Positions 49,965-60,027 of a stretch of DNA of 64,000 bases are shown here, one piece after another. The DNA is taken from contig CAWBMV010000019.1 of the NCBI GenBank assembly GCA_963789955.1, positions 1 through 64,000 on the forward strand, read 5' to 3'. This DNA comes from an uncultured Candidatus Rokubacteria bacterium (GTDB lineage: Bacteria; Methylomirabilota; Methylomirabilia; Rokubacteriales; CSP1-6). Within the stretch, counting starts at the first letter, position 1, and each line of letters starts with the position of its first letter. The translations under genes were made by a program, and so were the position numbers. Under the pieces are notes generated by a model. That model ran no database searches. It had not been told where the DNA came from and saw only the letters and a program-made list of their open reading frames with translations.

Positions 49965-50327
49965 ATGAACATGATGAAGCAGCGCGGGTTCGGCTACATC
50001 GAGATCGTCATCGTGCTCGCGGTGGTGGCCGCCGCCGGATACCTGCTGATGCAGTACTTCACCTCGACCGCGAAGACCGTCGAGAAGCTGCAGCAAGACC
50101 GTCCGCTCGCGCGCACGAAGCTCGCGGCCGACCAGGCCACCCTGACCACCGTGCAGGGCCTCGTGCGGAGCTATCAGGCGGAGAAAGGCCAGTTTCCCCC
50201 CGACAAGACGACGGTCGTCGGGCTGCTCGCCGGACCGCCGCGGTTTCAGTGCCCGGGCAACGACTTCGAGTACGATCCCGCCACGGGCACGCTCGGCCTC
50301 ACGATCACCGACGACTCGCGCTGCTGA
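49965..50327 (+). CDS. Prepilin-type N-terminal cleavage domain protein (pilin/pseudopilin)
   Basis: KQRG|FGYIEIVIVLAVV class III signal; two C-terminal cysteines. Confidence 0.75.
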   Translation: MNMMKQRGFGYIEIVIVLAVVAAAGYLLMQYFTSTAKTVEKLQQDRPLARTKLAADQATLTTVQGLVRSYQAEKGQFPPDKTTVVGLLAGPPRFQCPGNDFEYDPATGTLGLTITDDSRC

Positions 50328-50401
50328 CCTGACGCGGCTCGCTCCGCCCGTCCGCTCGTGACACCGGGAATCGTCGCGGCGCATGCGTTACACTCAACGG
50401 G

Positions 50402-52078
50402 ATGAGCGAGGAGCCCAGAGAAAAGCCCAGCAACTTCATCCGGGAGATCGTCCTGGAGCACAACGCCAGCGGGCGTTTCGGCGGCAACGTGATCACGCGC
50501 TTTCCGCCGGAGCCCAACGGCTATCTCCATATCGGTCACGCCCAGGCGATCTCGATCGATTTCGGTATCGCCCGCGAGTTCGGCGGCCGCTGCCACCTCA
50601 GGTTCGACGACACCAACCCCGCCAAGGAAAGCCAGGAGTACGTCGACTCGATCATCGACACCGTACGCTGGCTGGGCTACGACTGGGGCAAGCATCTCTA
50701 CTACGCGAGCGACTACTTCGAGCAGCTCTATGCGTGGGCGGTCCAGCTCATCAAGGCGGGCAAGGCCTACGTCGACGATCTGACGCAGGAGCAGATCTCG
50801 GAGTATCGCGGCACCCTGACCGAGCCGGGGCGTGAGAGCCCGTACCGCGGCCGGTCGGTCGAGGAGAACCTGGATCTGTTCGCGCGCATGCGCGCCGGCG
50901 AGTTCGACGACGGCACCAAGACCCTGCGCGCGAAGATCGACATGACGTCGGGCAACATCAACCTGCGCGATCCGGTCATGTACCGGATCCGCAAGGCCTC
51001 GCATCACCGGACGGGCGACGCCTGGTGCATCTATCCGATGTACGACTGGGCCCACGGCCAGTCGGACTCGATCGAGGGCATCACGCACTCGATCTGTACG
51101 CTCGAGTACGAAGACCACCGGCCGCTCTACGACTGGTACCTCGATCAGCTCGGCGTGCATCACCCGCAGCAGATCGAGTTCGCGCGGCTGAACCTGTCCC
51201 ACACGATCATGTCCAAGCGGAAGCTGCTCGAGCTGGTCCAGCAGGGACTCGTCACCGGCTGGGACGATCCGCGCATGCCGACGTTGGCGGGGTTGCGGCG
51301 GCGGGGCTACACGCCCGAGTCGATCCGTGATTTCGCCGAGCGCGTCGGGACCGCCAAGTCCGCCAAGGTCGTGGACATCGCGTTTCTCGAGCACTGCCTG
51401 CGCGAAGATCTCAACCGTCGCGCCGAGCGGCGCATGGCCGTGGTGCGGCCGCTCAAGCTGGTGATCGAGAACTATCCCGAGGGGCAAGTCGAGGCGATGG
51501 AGGCGGTCAACAATCCGGAGGACCCCGGCGCCGGAAGCCGCAAGGTGCCGTTCTCGGGCGTCCTCTATATCGAGCAGGACGACTTCCGCGACCCGGCGCC
51601 GCCGAAGTACTTCCGCCTCTCGCCCGGCACCGAGGTGCGGCTGCGCTACGCGTACATCGTGAAATGCACCGGCGTGGAGCGTGACAGCGCCGGACAGGTG
51701 ACGACGGTGCGCTGCACCTACGATCCGGATTCGCGGGGCGGCGACTCACGCGGGCGCCGGGTGAAGGGGACCATCCACTGGGTGTCGGCGTCGCATTCGA
51801 TCCCGGCCGAGGTGCGCCTCTACGATCATCTCTTCTCCGCGCCCAAGCCCGACGACGCCGAGGACTGGCACGCCGCGCTGAATCCGACCTCGCTCGAGGT
51901 CGTGCGCGGCGCGCGTCTGGAGCCGGCTCTGGCGGGCTCCGACCGCGGCTCGCGCTTCCAGTTCGAGCGCCAGGGCTATTTCTGCGTCGACGAGCGCGAC
52001 TCGTCCCCGTCACGGCTCGTGTTCAACCGCACGGTCGGCCTGCGCGACACGTGGGCCAAGATCGAGAGCAAAGGGTAG
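50402..52078 (+). CDS. glnS: Glutamine--tRNA ligase
   Basis: [37 protein letters not shown]. Confidence 0.96.
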   Translation: MSEEPREKPSNFIREIVLEHNASGRFGGNVITRFPPEPNGYLHIGHAQAISIDFGIAREFGGRCHLRFDDTNPAKESQEYVDSIIDTVRWLGYDWGKHLYYASDYFEQLYAWAVQLIKAGKAYVDDLTQEQISEYRGTLTEPGRESPYRGRSVEENLDLFARMRAGEFDDGTKTLRAKIDMTSGNINLRDPVMYRIRKASHHRTGDAWCIYPMYDWAHGQSDSIEGITHSICTLEYEDHRPLYDWYLDQLGVHHPQQIEFARLNLSHTIMSKRKLLELVQQGLVTGWDDPRMPTLAGLRRRGYTPESIRDFAERVGTAKSAKVVDIAFLEHCLREDLNRRAERRMAVVRPLKLVIENYPEGQVEAMEAVNNPEDPGAGSRKVPFSGVLYIEQDDFRDPAPPKYFRLSPGTEVRLRYAYIVKCTGVERDSAGQVTTVRCTYDPDSRGGDSRGRRVKGTIHWVSASHSIPAEVRLYDHLFSAPKPDDAEDWHAALNPTSLEVVRGARLEPALAGSDRGSRFQFERQGYFCVDERDSSPSRLVFNRTVGLRDTWAKIESKG

Positions 52079-52087
52079 GAGAGTGGT

Positions 52088-52607
52088 ATGAGCTCAACCG
52101 AGGCGGCGAGGCGACACGCGACCGTCATCCAGCCGAGCGAGGGCGACTCCTTCTGGCAGCCGGTGCCGGCCAACGGCCACGCCGACCCGAAGCTCACGCC
52201 CGCCAACACGCGGTACGGCGATCTCTCGATGGGCTACCAGACCATCGCGCCGCGAAGCCGCGTGCGCGAGCACGCGCACGGCGACCAGATCGAGCTGCAG
52301 ATCTGCTTCCGCGGGCGCGGGCGTGTGGTGGTCGACGGCGTGTAGCCATCCGCTGGTGCCGGGCACCGCGTGCTTCCTCGGCTACGACGTCAAGCACGAG
52401 ATCATCAACGAGACCGACGAGGAGCTCGTGATGCTCTGGATGGTGTCGCCCGCCGGCCTCGAGAATTTCTTCAAGGCGATCGGCCGGCCGCGCACGCCGG
52501 GCGACCCCGCACCCGCACCGTTCGCGCGTCCGGAGAACGGCGTCGAGATCGAGCGCGCGTCGGGCATGACGTACCGGCACCCCGGGCCGGCCTCGCCGGA
52601 CCGCTAG
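52088..52607 (+). CDS. Cupin domain protein, frameshift at about 52343
   Basis: HAH...E motif 1 and KHEIIN motif 2 in adjacent frames; PAGLENFF. Confidence 0.8.
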
Positions 52608-52678
52608 AGCGGGAGCGCGCGGGCTACCGCTCGAGCCAGGCAGCCATCAGCCGCCCGGCCGGCGGTATGATATCGAAC

Positions 52679-53708
52679 GTGTCGCCGACCGCCGAGCCCG
52701 ATCCCGCGAGCCTGATCGAGGCGTACTTCGAGCGCGGCTGGACCGACGGGCTGCCTGTCGTCCCGCCGACCGAGAAATCCATTGCCGAGATGCTGGCCGG
52801 TGCCGCGCTGCGTGGCGACGCGGTTCTCGGCGAGATCGCGGGCCGCAACACCGTGGTCGTCGCGGAGAAGGTCGCGATCAACGCGGTCCTGGCGGGCTGT
52901 CGTCCCGAGTACATGCCCGTCGTCGTCGCCGCGATTCGCGGGCTCTGTCACCCCGACTTCGCGTATCACGGGCCTGCCTCGAGCACCGGCGGCTCGGCGA
53001 TGGTCTTGATCGTCAGCGGCCCTGTCGCGCACCGGATCGGGCTCAACTCGGGCAACAACGCGTTCGGGCAGGGCTGGCGGCCCAACGCGACGATCGGGCG
53101 CGCCGTGCGCCTGGTGATGATGAACGTGATGCAGACGCGACCCGGCCTGCTCGATCGCGCCACGCTCGGCAACCCCGGCAAATATGCCTTCTGCTTCGCG
53201 GAGCGCGAGCACGATCTCCCCTGGGAGCCCATCCACGTCGCGCGCGGCCTCCGGCCCGACCCGAGCGCGGTGACGGTGTTCGCCTCGAACAGCCTCTACC
53301 AGGTCTACAACCAGCTCGCGGCCGAGCCCGAGCCGCTCCTGAGGTGCTTCGCGGACGCGCTCTCCAATCTCGGCCTGCCGAACGTGAAGGGCTTCAACCA
53401 GGCGCTCGTCGTCCTCGCGGGCGAGCACACGGAGGTCCTTCGCCAGAGCGGATGGGCGCGGCGTGACGTCCAGCGCTTCCTGATCGAGCACACGCGCCGT
53501 CGCGTTGCCGATCTGAAGCGGGCCGCCCGCCTGCCGGGCGACGTGCTGCCCAACGACGAAACCACCTGGCGTTACCTGTTCGAGAAGCCGGACGACATCT
53601 CTGATCGTCTGCGCCGGCGGTCGAGCGGGGAGCTGGTCGGCGTGCCTGCCCGGGTGGGGCAACAAGTGGACGAAGGCCGTTACGATACCGATAGGAGAGA
53701 TCCCATGA
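52679..53708 (+). CDS. UGSC-associated conserved protein, frameshift at 53600
   Basis: GWTDGLPVVPPT, KVAINAVLAGC, NATIGRAVRL, GNPGKY; removing one base at 53600 gives LIVCAGG...WTKAVTIPIGEIP-TGA overlapping the next ATG; GTG start 7 nt after TATGAT. Confidence 0.78.
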
Positions 53709-54235
53709 GCGCGCCCCTCTTCGATCCGACGGCGGCGCCGGTCGGCCGTGATGTGAAGATCGCGACGCGACCGATCCGGCTCGACGGGCTCCGCGTCGGG
53801 CTCGTCGACAACACGAAGTTCAATTCCGACGTGCTGCTCCGCCGACTCGCCGATCGCCTCGGCCGCCGTCACGGGATGACCGTGACCCGGATGGTGCGCA
53901 AGCGCTCGCCGAGCCACGAGGTCGACGAGACGGCGCTCGAGGCGCTCCGAGCTGAGAGCGACTTCGTCGTCTCGGGAATCGGCGACTGAGGGTCGTGCTC
54001 GTCGAGCAGTGTGCTCGACGCGATCCTCTTCGAGCGGGCGGGTGTGCCGGCCGTCGCGATCGTGACAGAACCATTCCGCGCCACCGGCGAGGCGATGGCC
54101 ACGAGTTGGGGCATGCCGGGCTACCGATTCCTGGAGGTGCCGCATCCGATCGCCAACCTGAGTGACAAGCAGCTCGACGAGCGCGCTGATCGGCTGGTCG
54201 AGCAGGTCCTCGCACTTCTGCAGGGGCGGGACTGA
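53705..54235 (+). CDS. UGSC family selenoprotein
   Basis: AGGAG RBS; GIGD-TGA(53987-53989)-GSCSSSSVLDAI continues in frame to 54235; UGSC motif; HPIANL. Confidence 0.88.
54000..54020 (+). promoter_or_regulatory. SECIS-like hairpin
   Basis: CGTCGAGCA-GTG-TGCTCGACG perfect 9-bp stem starting at the 11th nt after the UGA, with a GU-containing apical loop. Confidence 0.72.
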
Positions 54236-54265
54236 GCCGCTGTGAGCTGGTAGAGGAGAGCGCGC

Positions 54266-55513
54266 TTGCCAAGAGTCGACATCGCGGTGCCCGGGATCCC
54301 GCAGCCGCTGGCAAGCTACACGCCGGCCACGCGCGCGGGCGACCTCGTGTTCGCGGCGGGACACCTCGCGAGTGATTTCAAGCACGGCGTCGCGCCCGAG
54401 GCGCGCCTGGATCCGGCGTTTCCCTTCTACGGCTCGTCGATCAAGAAGCAGACGCGCTACGTCCTCGAGAACCTGGCGCGGACGTTCGAGGCGGCCGGCA
54501 CCTCGCTGAATCACGTCGTGAAGGCGCAGGTGTTTCTCACCGACCTCGCGCACTTCAACGGATTCGACGAGGTGTGGCGCGAATTCTTCCCGACGCCGCC
54601 GCCGCGGACGACGATCGGCACCAGCGGCCTGCTGGTTCCCGGCTGCCTGGTCGAGGTCGACCTGACCGCCACGATGCCGAGGACCGCGGCTCGCGTGGTG
54701 CGGTCCGAGGGGCCGCGCCCGCTGGCGAACTACTCCGAGGCGGTCGTCGCGGGCGATCTCGTTTTTGCCGCCGGCCAGCTCGCCAGCGATTTCAAGACCG
54801 GCGTTCCGCGCGAGGCACGCCTCGATCCGGCGTTTCCGTTCTACGGGTCGGACATCAAGCGCCAGACGCGCTACATCCTCGAGAACCTGGCCCGGACGTT
54901 CGTGGCGGCCGGCACGTCGCTCGATCGGGTCGTCAAGGCCCAGGTGTTCCACACGGACCTGAACAACTTCTTCGCCTTCGACGAGGTCTGGCGGGAGTTC
55001 TTCCCGACGCCGCCGCCGCGCACGACGATCGGGACGACCGGGCTTCTCGTGAAGGACACGCTGGTCGAGATCGATCTGATCGCGGCGCTGCCCTCGGCGA
55101 AGATGCAGACGATCTCGGTCCCGGACATTCCCAGGCCGCTCGCGCACTACACGCCGGCGACGCGGGTGGGCGAGCTCGTGTTCGCGGCCGGCCAGATCGC
55201 GAGCGACTACAAGACGGGCGTGCCGCGCGAGGCGCGCGTCGACCCCGCGTTTCCCTTCTACGGCTCGGACGTCAAGCGCCAGACGCGCTACGTGCTGGAA
55301 AATCTGGCCAAGACGTTCAAGGCCGCCGGCACCTCGCTCGACCAGGTCGTCAAGGCCCAGGTGTTCCACCTCGACCTCGCGAACTTCGCGGGCTTCGACG
55401 AGGCGTGGCGCGAGTTCTTTCCCGCGCCGCCGCCGCGCACCAGCGTCGGCACGACCGGCCTGCTGGTGCCCGGCACCCTCGTCGAGATCGACCTCATCGC
55501 GGCCACGCCCTGA
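54266..55513 (+). CDS. Triple tandem RidA/YjgF-domain protein
   Basis: Three roughly 138-aa repeats, each with Y, LVFAAG, QTRY.LENL, VVKAQVF, PPRT and VE(I/V)D. Confidence 0.92.
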   Translation: MPRVDIAVPGIPQPLASYTPATRAGDLVFAAGHLASDFKHGVAPEARLDPAFPFYGSSIKKQTRYVLENLARTFEAAGTSLNHVVKAQVFLTDLAHFNGFDEVWREFFPTPPPRTTIGTSGLLVPGCLVEVDLTATMPRTAARVVRSEGPRPLANYSEAVVAGDLVFAAGQLASDFKTGVPREARLDPAFPFYGSDIKRQTRYILENLARTFVAAGTSLDRVVKAQVFHTDLNNFFAFDEVWREFFPTPPPRTTIGTTGLLVKDTLVEIDLIAALPSAKMQTISVPDIPRPLAHYTPATRVGELVFAAGQIASDYKTGVPREARVDPAFPFYGSDVKRQTRYVLENLAKTFKAAGTSLDQVVKAQVFHLDLANFAGFDEAWREFFPAPPPRTSVGTTGLLVPGTLVEIDLIAATP

Positions 55514-55537
55514 GCGGGCCGCGGACGCGGCGCGCCC

Positions 55538-56339
55538 TCAGCGACCCTTGAACGACGGCGCGCGCTTCTCGACGAACGCGCGGATGCCCTCGCGCGCGTC
55601 CTCGGTCTCGGAGCAGACGTTCTGGGCAAACGTCTCGAACTCGAGCGCCCCGCGAAGATCCGGTCTCCTCGCTGTGGTAGAGCGCGCGCTTGGCCAGCCG
55701 GATGGCGACCGGCGGGCCCGAGGCGATCTTGCGCGCCAGCTCGTACGCCGCCGGCATCAGCTCTTCCGGCGCGTAGACGGCGTTCACGATGCCGAGCCGC
55801 AGCGCTTCCTGCGCGTCGATGATCTCGCCGGTGAAGATGAGCTCGCACGCCTTGGCCATGCCGACCAGGCGTGGCAGGAAGTAGGTCCCGCCCCAGTCCG
55901 GATGGAGCCCGCGCTTGACGAAGGCCTGGGTGAACTTCGCGGCGGTCGAGGCCAGGCGAATGTCGCAGCCGAGCGCCAGGTTCATGCCCGCGCCGGCCGC
56001 GGCGCCGTTCACCGCGGCGATCACGGGCTTGGACGCATCCCGCATCGCCAGCAGCACGCGGTCGCGCAGCGGGGCGACCTTGTCCTCGAGCGGGCGCGCC
56101 GGCGCGCGTCCTTCCTTCGAGTCGTTCATGGCCTTGACGTCGCCGCCGGCGCAGAAGCCCTTGCCGGCGCCGGTCACGACCATGACGCGAATATCCGCGT
56201 CCTGACTCGCCCGGAGGACGGCGTCGTAGAGATCGTCGCGGAGCGTGTCGCCGAGCGCGTTGAGACGCTCCGGACGGTTCAGGGTCAAGGTGGCGACGGC
56301 GTCCTTCACTTCGTAGATCAGGCACTTGTAGTCGGGCAT
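55538..56339 (-). CDS. Enoyl-CoA hydratase/isomerase family protein, frameshift near 55660
   Basis: LNRPERLNA, FCAGGD, AAVNGAAAGAG, GLHPDWGG. Confidence 0.9.
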
Positions 56340-56381
56340 GATGGTCTCCTGTAAGGGCTTCGAATATACCGCGGAGGGCAC

Positions 56382-57006
56382 ATGGACTTCTTCGATGTCG
56401 TGACCACGCAGCGAGCCATGCGACGGCTCAAGACCGACGCCATCCCCGATGCCGTGCTGCAGAAGATCATGGACGCCGCGATCTGCGCGCCGAGCGGCGG
56501 CAACCGACAGAACTGGAGCTTCGTGGTGGTCCGCGACCAGGCCAAGCGGGCGCGGCTCGGCGAGCTCTATCGTGAGGCGTGGGGCGAGCTGATGAAGGTG
56601 CCGTACTACGCCGGCGCGTCGAAGGAGCCGGCGGACAGCCCGTCGGGCAAGATGCTCGGCGTCGGCGCGCCATCTCGGCGGAGCATCTCGGCGAGGCGCC
56701 GGTGATCGTTCTCGCGTGCGTCTCGCTCGATCCGGGCGTCAAGGCCAATCTGACGACCGGCGCGTCGATCTATCCGGCCGTCCAGAACATGATGCTGGCG
56801 GCGCGCGCCCTCGGGATCGGCAGCTGCATCACGACCATCCACCGGTTCCGCGACGCGCAGGTGAAGGAGCTACTCGGCGAATCCCGGCCGACGTCGAGAC
56901 AGCCGCCCTGATCCCCCTGGGCTATCCTCTTGGAAAATTTGGGCGTCCGCCGCGCCGACCGCTACGCGAGGTGGCGTTCGCGGATCGTTGGGGCCGAGCG
57001 CTTTGA
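56382..57006 (+). CDS. Nitroreductase family protein, frameshifted
   Basis: RAMRR, APSGGNRQNW.F, SIYPAVQNMMLAARALG, IPLGYP. Confidence 0.87.
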
Positions 57007-57022
57007 TCCCTATAATCGAAGT

Positions 57023-57511
57023 GTGGCTCGAATCGAGCGCGCGCCCATACCATTCGAATCGCGACGGCGGCCGATGCCCGAAGCCGTCGCCGATCTGATC
57101 CGCCGAGCGTTCGCGGACCAGCCGCGGCCGACCAATCCGCCGTCGAGCGCACTGGAGGAGACCGCCGCGACGATCGCCGCGCATCTCGCGCGCGGCGGCG
57201 GCGCGGTGCTGGAGCGCGAGGCGTCGTCGTCGGCGCCGTTCTGTGGGAAGAGGAGGACGGTGCTCTCTACATCAGCCGCGTCTCAGTCGATCCGGACTAC
57301 CGACGGCAGGGCATCGCGCGGGCGCTCGTCGACGAAGCCGAGCGCGAAGCGCGGCGCCGGGGCTTCTCCCGCATGACGCTCGGCGTGCGGCTCGAGCTCG
57401 AGGAGAACCGCGAGCTCTTCAGATCGTGCGGCTTCGTGGACGCCGAGTTTCGCAGCCACGAGGGCTTCAGCCGAGCCCACGTGGGTTCTGATGGAGCGCC
57501 GGCTCGCCTAG
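57023..57511 (+). CDS. GNAT N-acetyltransferase, frameshifted
   Basis: PPSSALEET; second frame reads LYISRVSVDPDYRRQGIARALV...ENRELF..CGF; TATAAT just upstream. Confidence 0.7.
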
Positions 57512-57523
57512 GGTCGTCGGCTC

Positions 57524-58267
57524 TTACAGATACTTCGTCGGATGATTGATCGTCCGCCACATGTGCGACGACGGGCTCTGATCGAAGCCCAGCCCTTCTT
57601 TCGGCTGCTTGAAGTGACGGCCGACGATGTCCGTGAACTCCTCGAGCTCGACGCGCACGTTCGGGTCGAACGAGTAGAGGTCGTTCACGGTGATGAGGCG
57701 TGACGACTCGTACCACTTGTGCTCGCGCGCGCGCCGGTGGGCTTCCTGGAGGTGCGGCTCGGGCTGGTAGTCCGCGCCGAATAGCCGGATGTAGGAGTCG
57801 GGGTACTTGTACCCGTAGGCCTCGTCGGGGAAGAAGCGCAGGACCTGATGATGGCGGATCGCCCAGCTGACTTCCTCGTCGACGTAGGGCTCGACGAGCT
57901 GCGCGCCCCAGTAGCCGTGGTCCCCGCGAATGAATCCCATGGCCGAGATATCGTGGAGCAGGCACCCCAGCACGATCTTCTCGCTGACGCCGTTCTTCTT
58001 GGCGAGGCGCGCGCTCTGGAGCACGTGCGCGGAGGGCCCGAAGCGCAGCTTGAAGAAGTCGAACAACGTCGGCTTCTCGGGCATGAGGGGCAGCCGCGGA
58101 TCGGGGCCCATCATGTAGAGCTTGCCCTGGCTCTGCTGCGGCGGCAGCGGCTGGCGCGGATCGCGCTCGCCCGACGTGTAAATCGCCGACTTCACGACGA
58201 TCCTATCGAGCTCCTGGCTCATCGCGTGCTCGGCGGCCTCGGCCCGTTCCATCGACGTCATCGCCAT
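57524..58267 (-). CDS. HD-domain protein (MIOX/PhnZ-like ligand set)
   Basis: HVLQSA...LLHDI...DHG...IRHH...NDLYS; GGAGGGG RBS. Confidence 0.7.
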   Translation of the reverse strand: MAMTSMERAEAAEHAMSQELDRIVVKSAIYTSGERDPRQPLPPQQSQGKLYMMGPDPRLPLMPEKPTLFDFFKLRFGPSAHVLQSARLAKKNGVSEKIVLGCLLHDISAMGFIRGDHGYWGAQLVEPYVDEEVSWAIRHHQVLRFFPDEAYGYKYPDSYIRLFGADYQPEPHLQEAHRRAREHKWYESSRLITVNDLYSFDPNVRVELEEFTDIVGRHFKQPKEGLGFDQSPSSHMWRTINHPTKYL

Positions 58268-58325
58268 CGCGCCCCTCCGGGAAATCGAACGTTGCCACGA
58301 TGATCGGCCCCCGGGCCGTCGACTG

Positions 58326-59186
58326 TCAAGCTGCGCGCAGGCGGGCGATGAGCGCCTCCGCGAAGCGATCACCCGCGCCCGGAGCCAGGTGAAGCCCGAG
58401 GCCGGGCTCGTTGACTTCGACTTCCATGAGGACGAACCGCCCGCCGCGGCGGACGCCGTCGATCCTGGCGTAGAGCGGGGCGCTCGGGAGCAGCCTGAGC
58501 ACGCCGGCCATGGCCCCGATCGTCGCTCCATCCAGAGACGCGGCTTCCATGCGCCCGCCGAACTGGCTGTTCACGCGAAATTCACCCTCGGCCGGAACGC
58601 GCTGGAGCCCGTGGGAGAACACGCCATCGAAGAACACCCCGGCGCTCTCGCCCGCCGCGACTTCCGGAATGAACTCCTGCACGAGAAGTCTCGGCGAGCT
58701 CGCGACGGCGCGAAGGCGCGCGACCGCGTCAGCTTCGTGCCCGCGCCGTACTCGCTCGACGCCCACACCGCTGGCCCCGACGGTCGGCTTGATCACCGCC
58801 TCCACCAAGGACATCCGGTCGAGCGCGCTCGCGACCATCGAGGCATCGGCTTCGACGATCACGGATGCGGGGACCGGTGCGCCGCGCGCGGCGAGCTCGA
58901 CGAGATAGCTCTTCTCGAGGTTCCACCGCACGAGCCCGCGCGCGTTGAAGACACGCGTCGCGCCGAGGCGGTCGAGCCAGGCGCGGTAGTCGTCGAGCGC
59001 CTGGTGATAGTCCCAGGTCGAGCGGATCACGACGGCCGCCGCTCCGTCGAACGGCGCGAACGGCCCGTTCCACTGCGCGGCCTCGACCTGGAACCCTCGC
59101 CGCTCGAGCGCCTCGGCGAGACAGCGGTCGCTGAGGCTCAGCTCCGGCCAGGCGCGGCAGGTGGCGAGGACGATGCGATCAGGCAG
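58326..59186 (-). CDS. ATP-grasp (RimK/glutathione synthetase-like) protein, probable CTG start
   Basis: LATC...D..LA.AL...W, RSTWDY, K.YL, IKPTVGAS, YARID, MEVEVNEP. Confidence 0.8.
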   Translation of the reverse strand: MPDRIVLATCRAWPELSLSDRCLAEALERRGFQVEAAQWNGPFAPFDGAAAVVIRSTWDYHQALDDYRAWLDRLGATRVFNARGLVRWNLEKSYLVELAARGAPVPASVIVEADASMVASALDRMSLVEAVIKPTVGASGVGVERVRRGHEADAVARLRAVASSPRLLVQEFIPEVAAGESAGVFFDGVFSHGLQRVPAEGEFRVNSQFGGRMEAASLDGATIGAMAGVLRLLPSAPLYARIDGVRRGGRFVLMEVEVNEPGLGLHLAPGAGDRFAEALIARLRAA

Positions 59187-59195
59187 TCGCGGCCC

Positions 59196-59957
59196 TCAGG
59201 CCATGACCCAGCCGCCGTTGGGCTGGAGCACCTGGCCGGTGAGGTAGTGGGCTTCTTCGGCGGCCAGGAACACCGAACAGTAGGCGACGTCCTCGACCTG
59301 GCCGAGATGGCGCACCGGCAGCTCGCCGATGCGCTTGGCCCGATACTCCGGCGTCATCACCGCGCGGCTCATGTCGGTGTCGATGCCGCCGGGAGCGATC
59401 GCGTTGACGGTGACGCCGTGACGCCCGAACTCGTGCGCCATCGCGCGGGTGAACGCCTCGACGGCGCCCTTGGTCGCGGCATAGGCGGCGAAGCCGCCGG
59501 TGCCGACCGAGGCGCGCGCGAGCTGGGTGGAGAAGTTGATGATGCGGCCATACCGCGCGCGCCACCATCGGACGCAGCGCGCGCTGGGTGCACAGCAAGC
59601 GTGCCGGTCACGTTGACGGCGAACATCGAGTCGTAGCTCGCGATCGGAACGTCGAGGAACTCGCCACGCGTCATCACGCCGGCGTTGTTCACGAGGATGT
59701 CGAGCCGGCCGAACCGGGCCAGCACGCGGTCGACCATCGCGTCCACCTGGTCGGCGCGGGCGACGTCGGCCCGCACGGCCTCGGCGCGCCGTCCGAGCTG
59801 CTCGATCTCGGCTGACGACCTCTTTGGCGCCCGCGGTACTGGCGTTGTAGTTCACGGCCACGTCCGCGCCCTCCCGCCCGAAGGCGAGCGCGATTGCGCG
59901 GCCGAAGCCGCGCCCTGCTCCGGTCACCAGCGCGACGCGACCATCCAGACGCCCCAT
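59196..59957 (-). CDS. SDR family oxidoreductase (FabG-like), frameshifted
   Basis: TGAGRGFG, NNAG, YAATK, VNAIAPG. Confidence 0.87.
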   Translation of the reverse strand: MGRLDGRVALVTGAGRGFGRAIALAFGREGADVAVNYNASTAGAKEVVSRDRAARTARRGRAGRRRPRRPGGRDGRPRAGPVRPARHPREQRRRDDAWRVPRRSDRELRLDVRRQRDRHACCAPSARCVRWWRARYGRIINFSTQLARASVGTGGFAAYAATKGAVEAFTRAMAHEFGRHGVTVNAIAPGGIDTDMSRAVMTPEYRAKRIGELPVRHLGQVEDVAYCSVFLAAEEAHYLTGQVLQPNGGWVMA

Positions 59958-60027
59958 GCGAGTATCCTCACGTTCGTGTTCGTCGGGTGATGCTGCGAGG
60001 GCGATGCATCCGGTTGAGCGGCGCGGC

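Noticed and set aside
50322..50327. C-terminal Cys-TGA of the pilin as a CU selenoprotein motif
   Set aside because: The Cys fits a pilin disulfide, the downstream frame is not protein-like, and no convincing SECIS was seen.
52343..52345. TAG in the cupin gene as possible pyrrolysine or amber read-through
   Set aside because: The conserved continuation (SHPLVPG...) is in a different frame; a single extra T explains it.
52370..53989. 539-aa fusion of the UGSC partner to the UGSC N-terminus
   Set aside because: An extra base at 53600 hides the partner's natural C-terminus and its stop at 53708; the UGSC gene has its own RBS and ATG.
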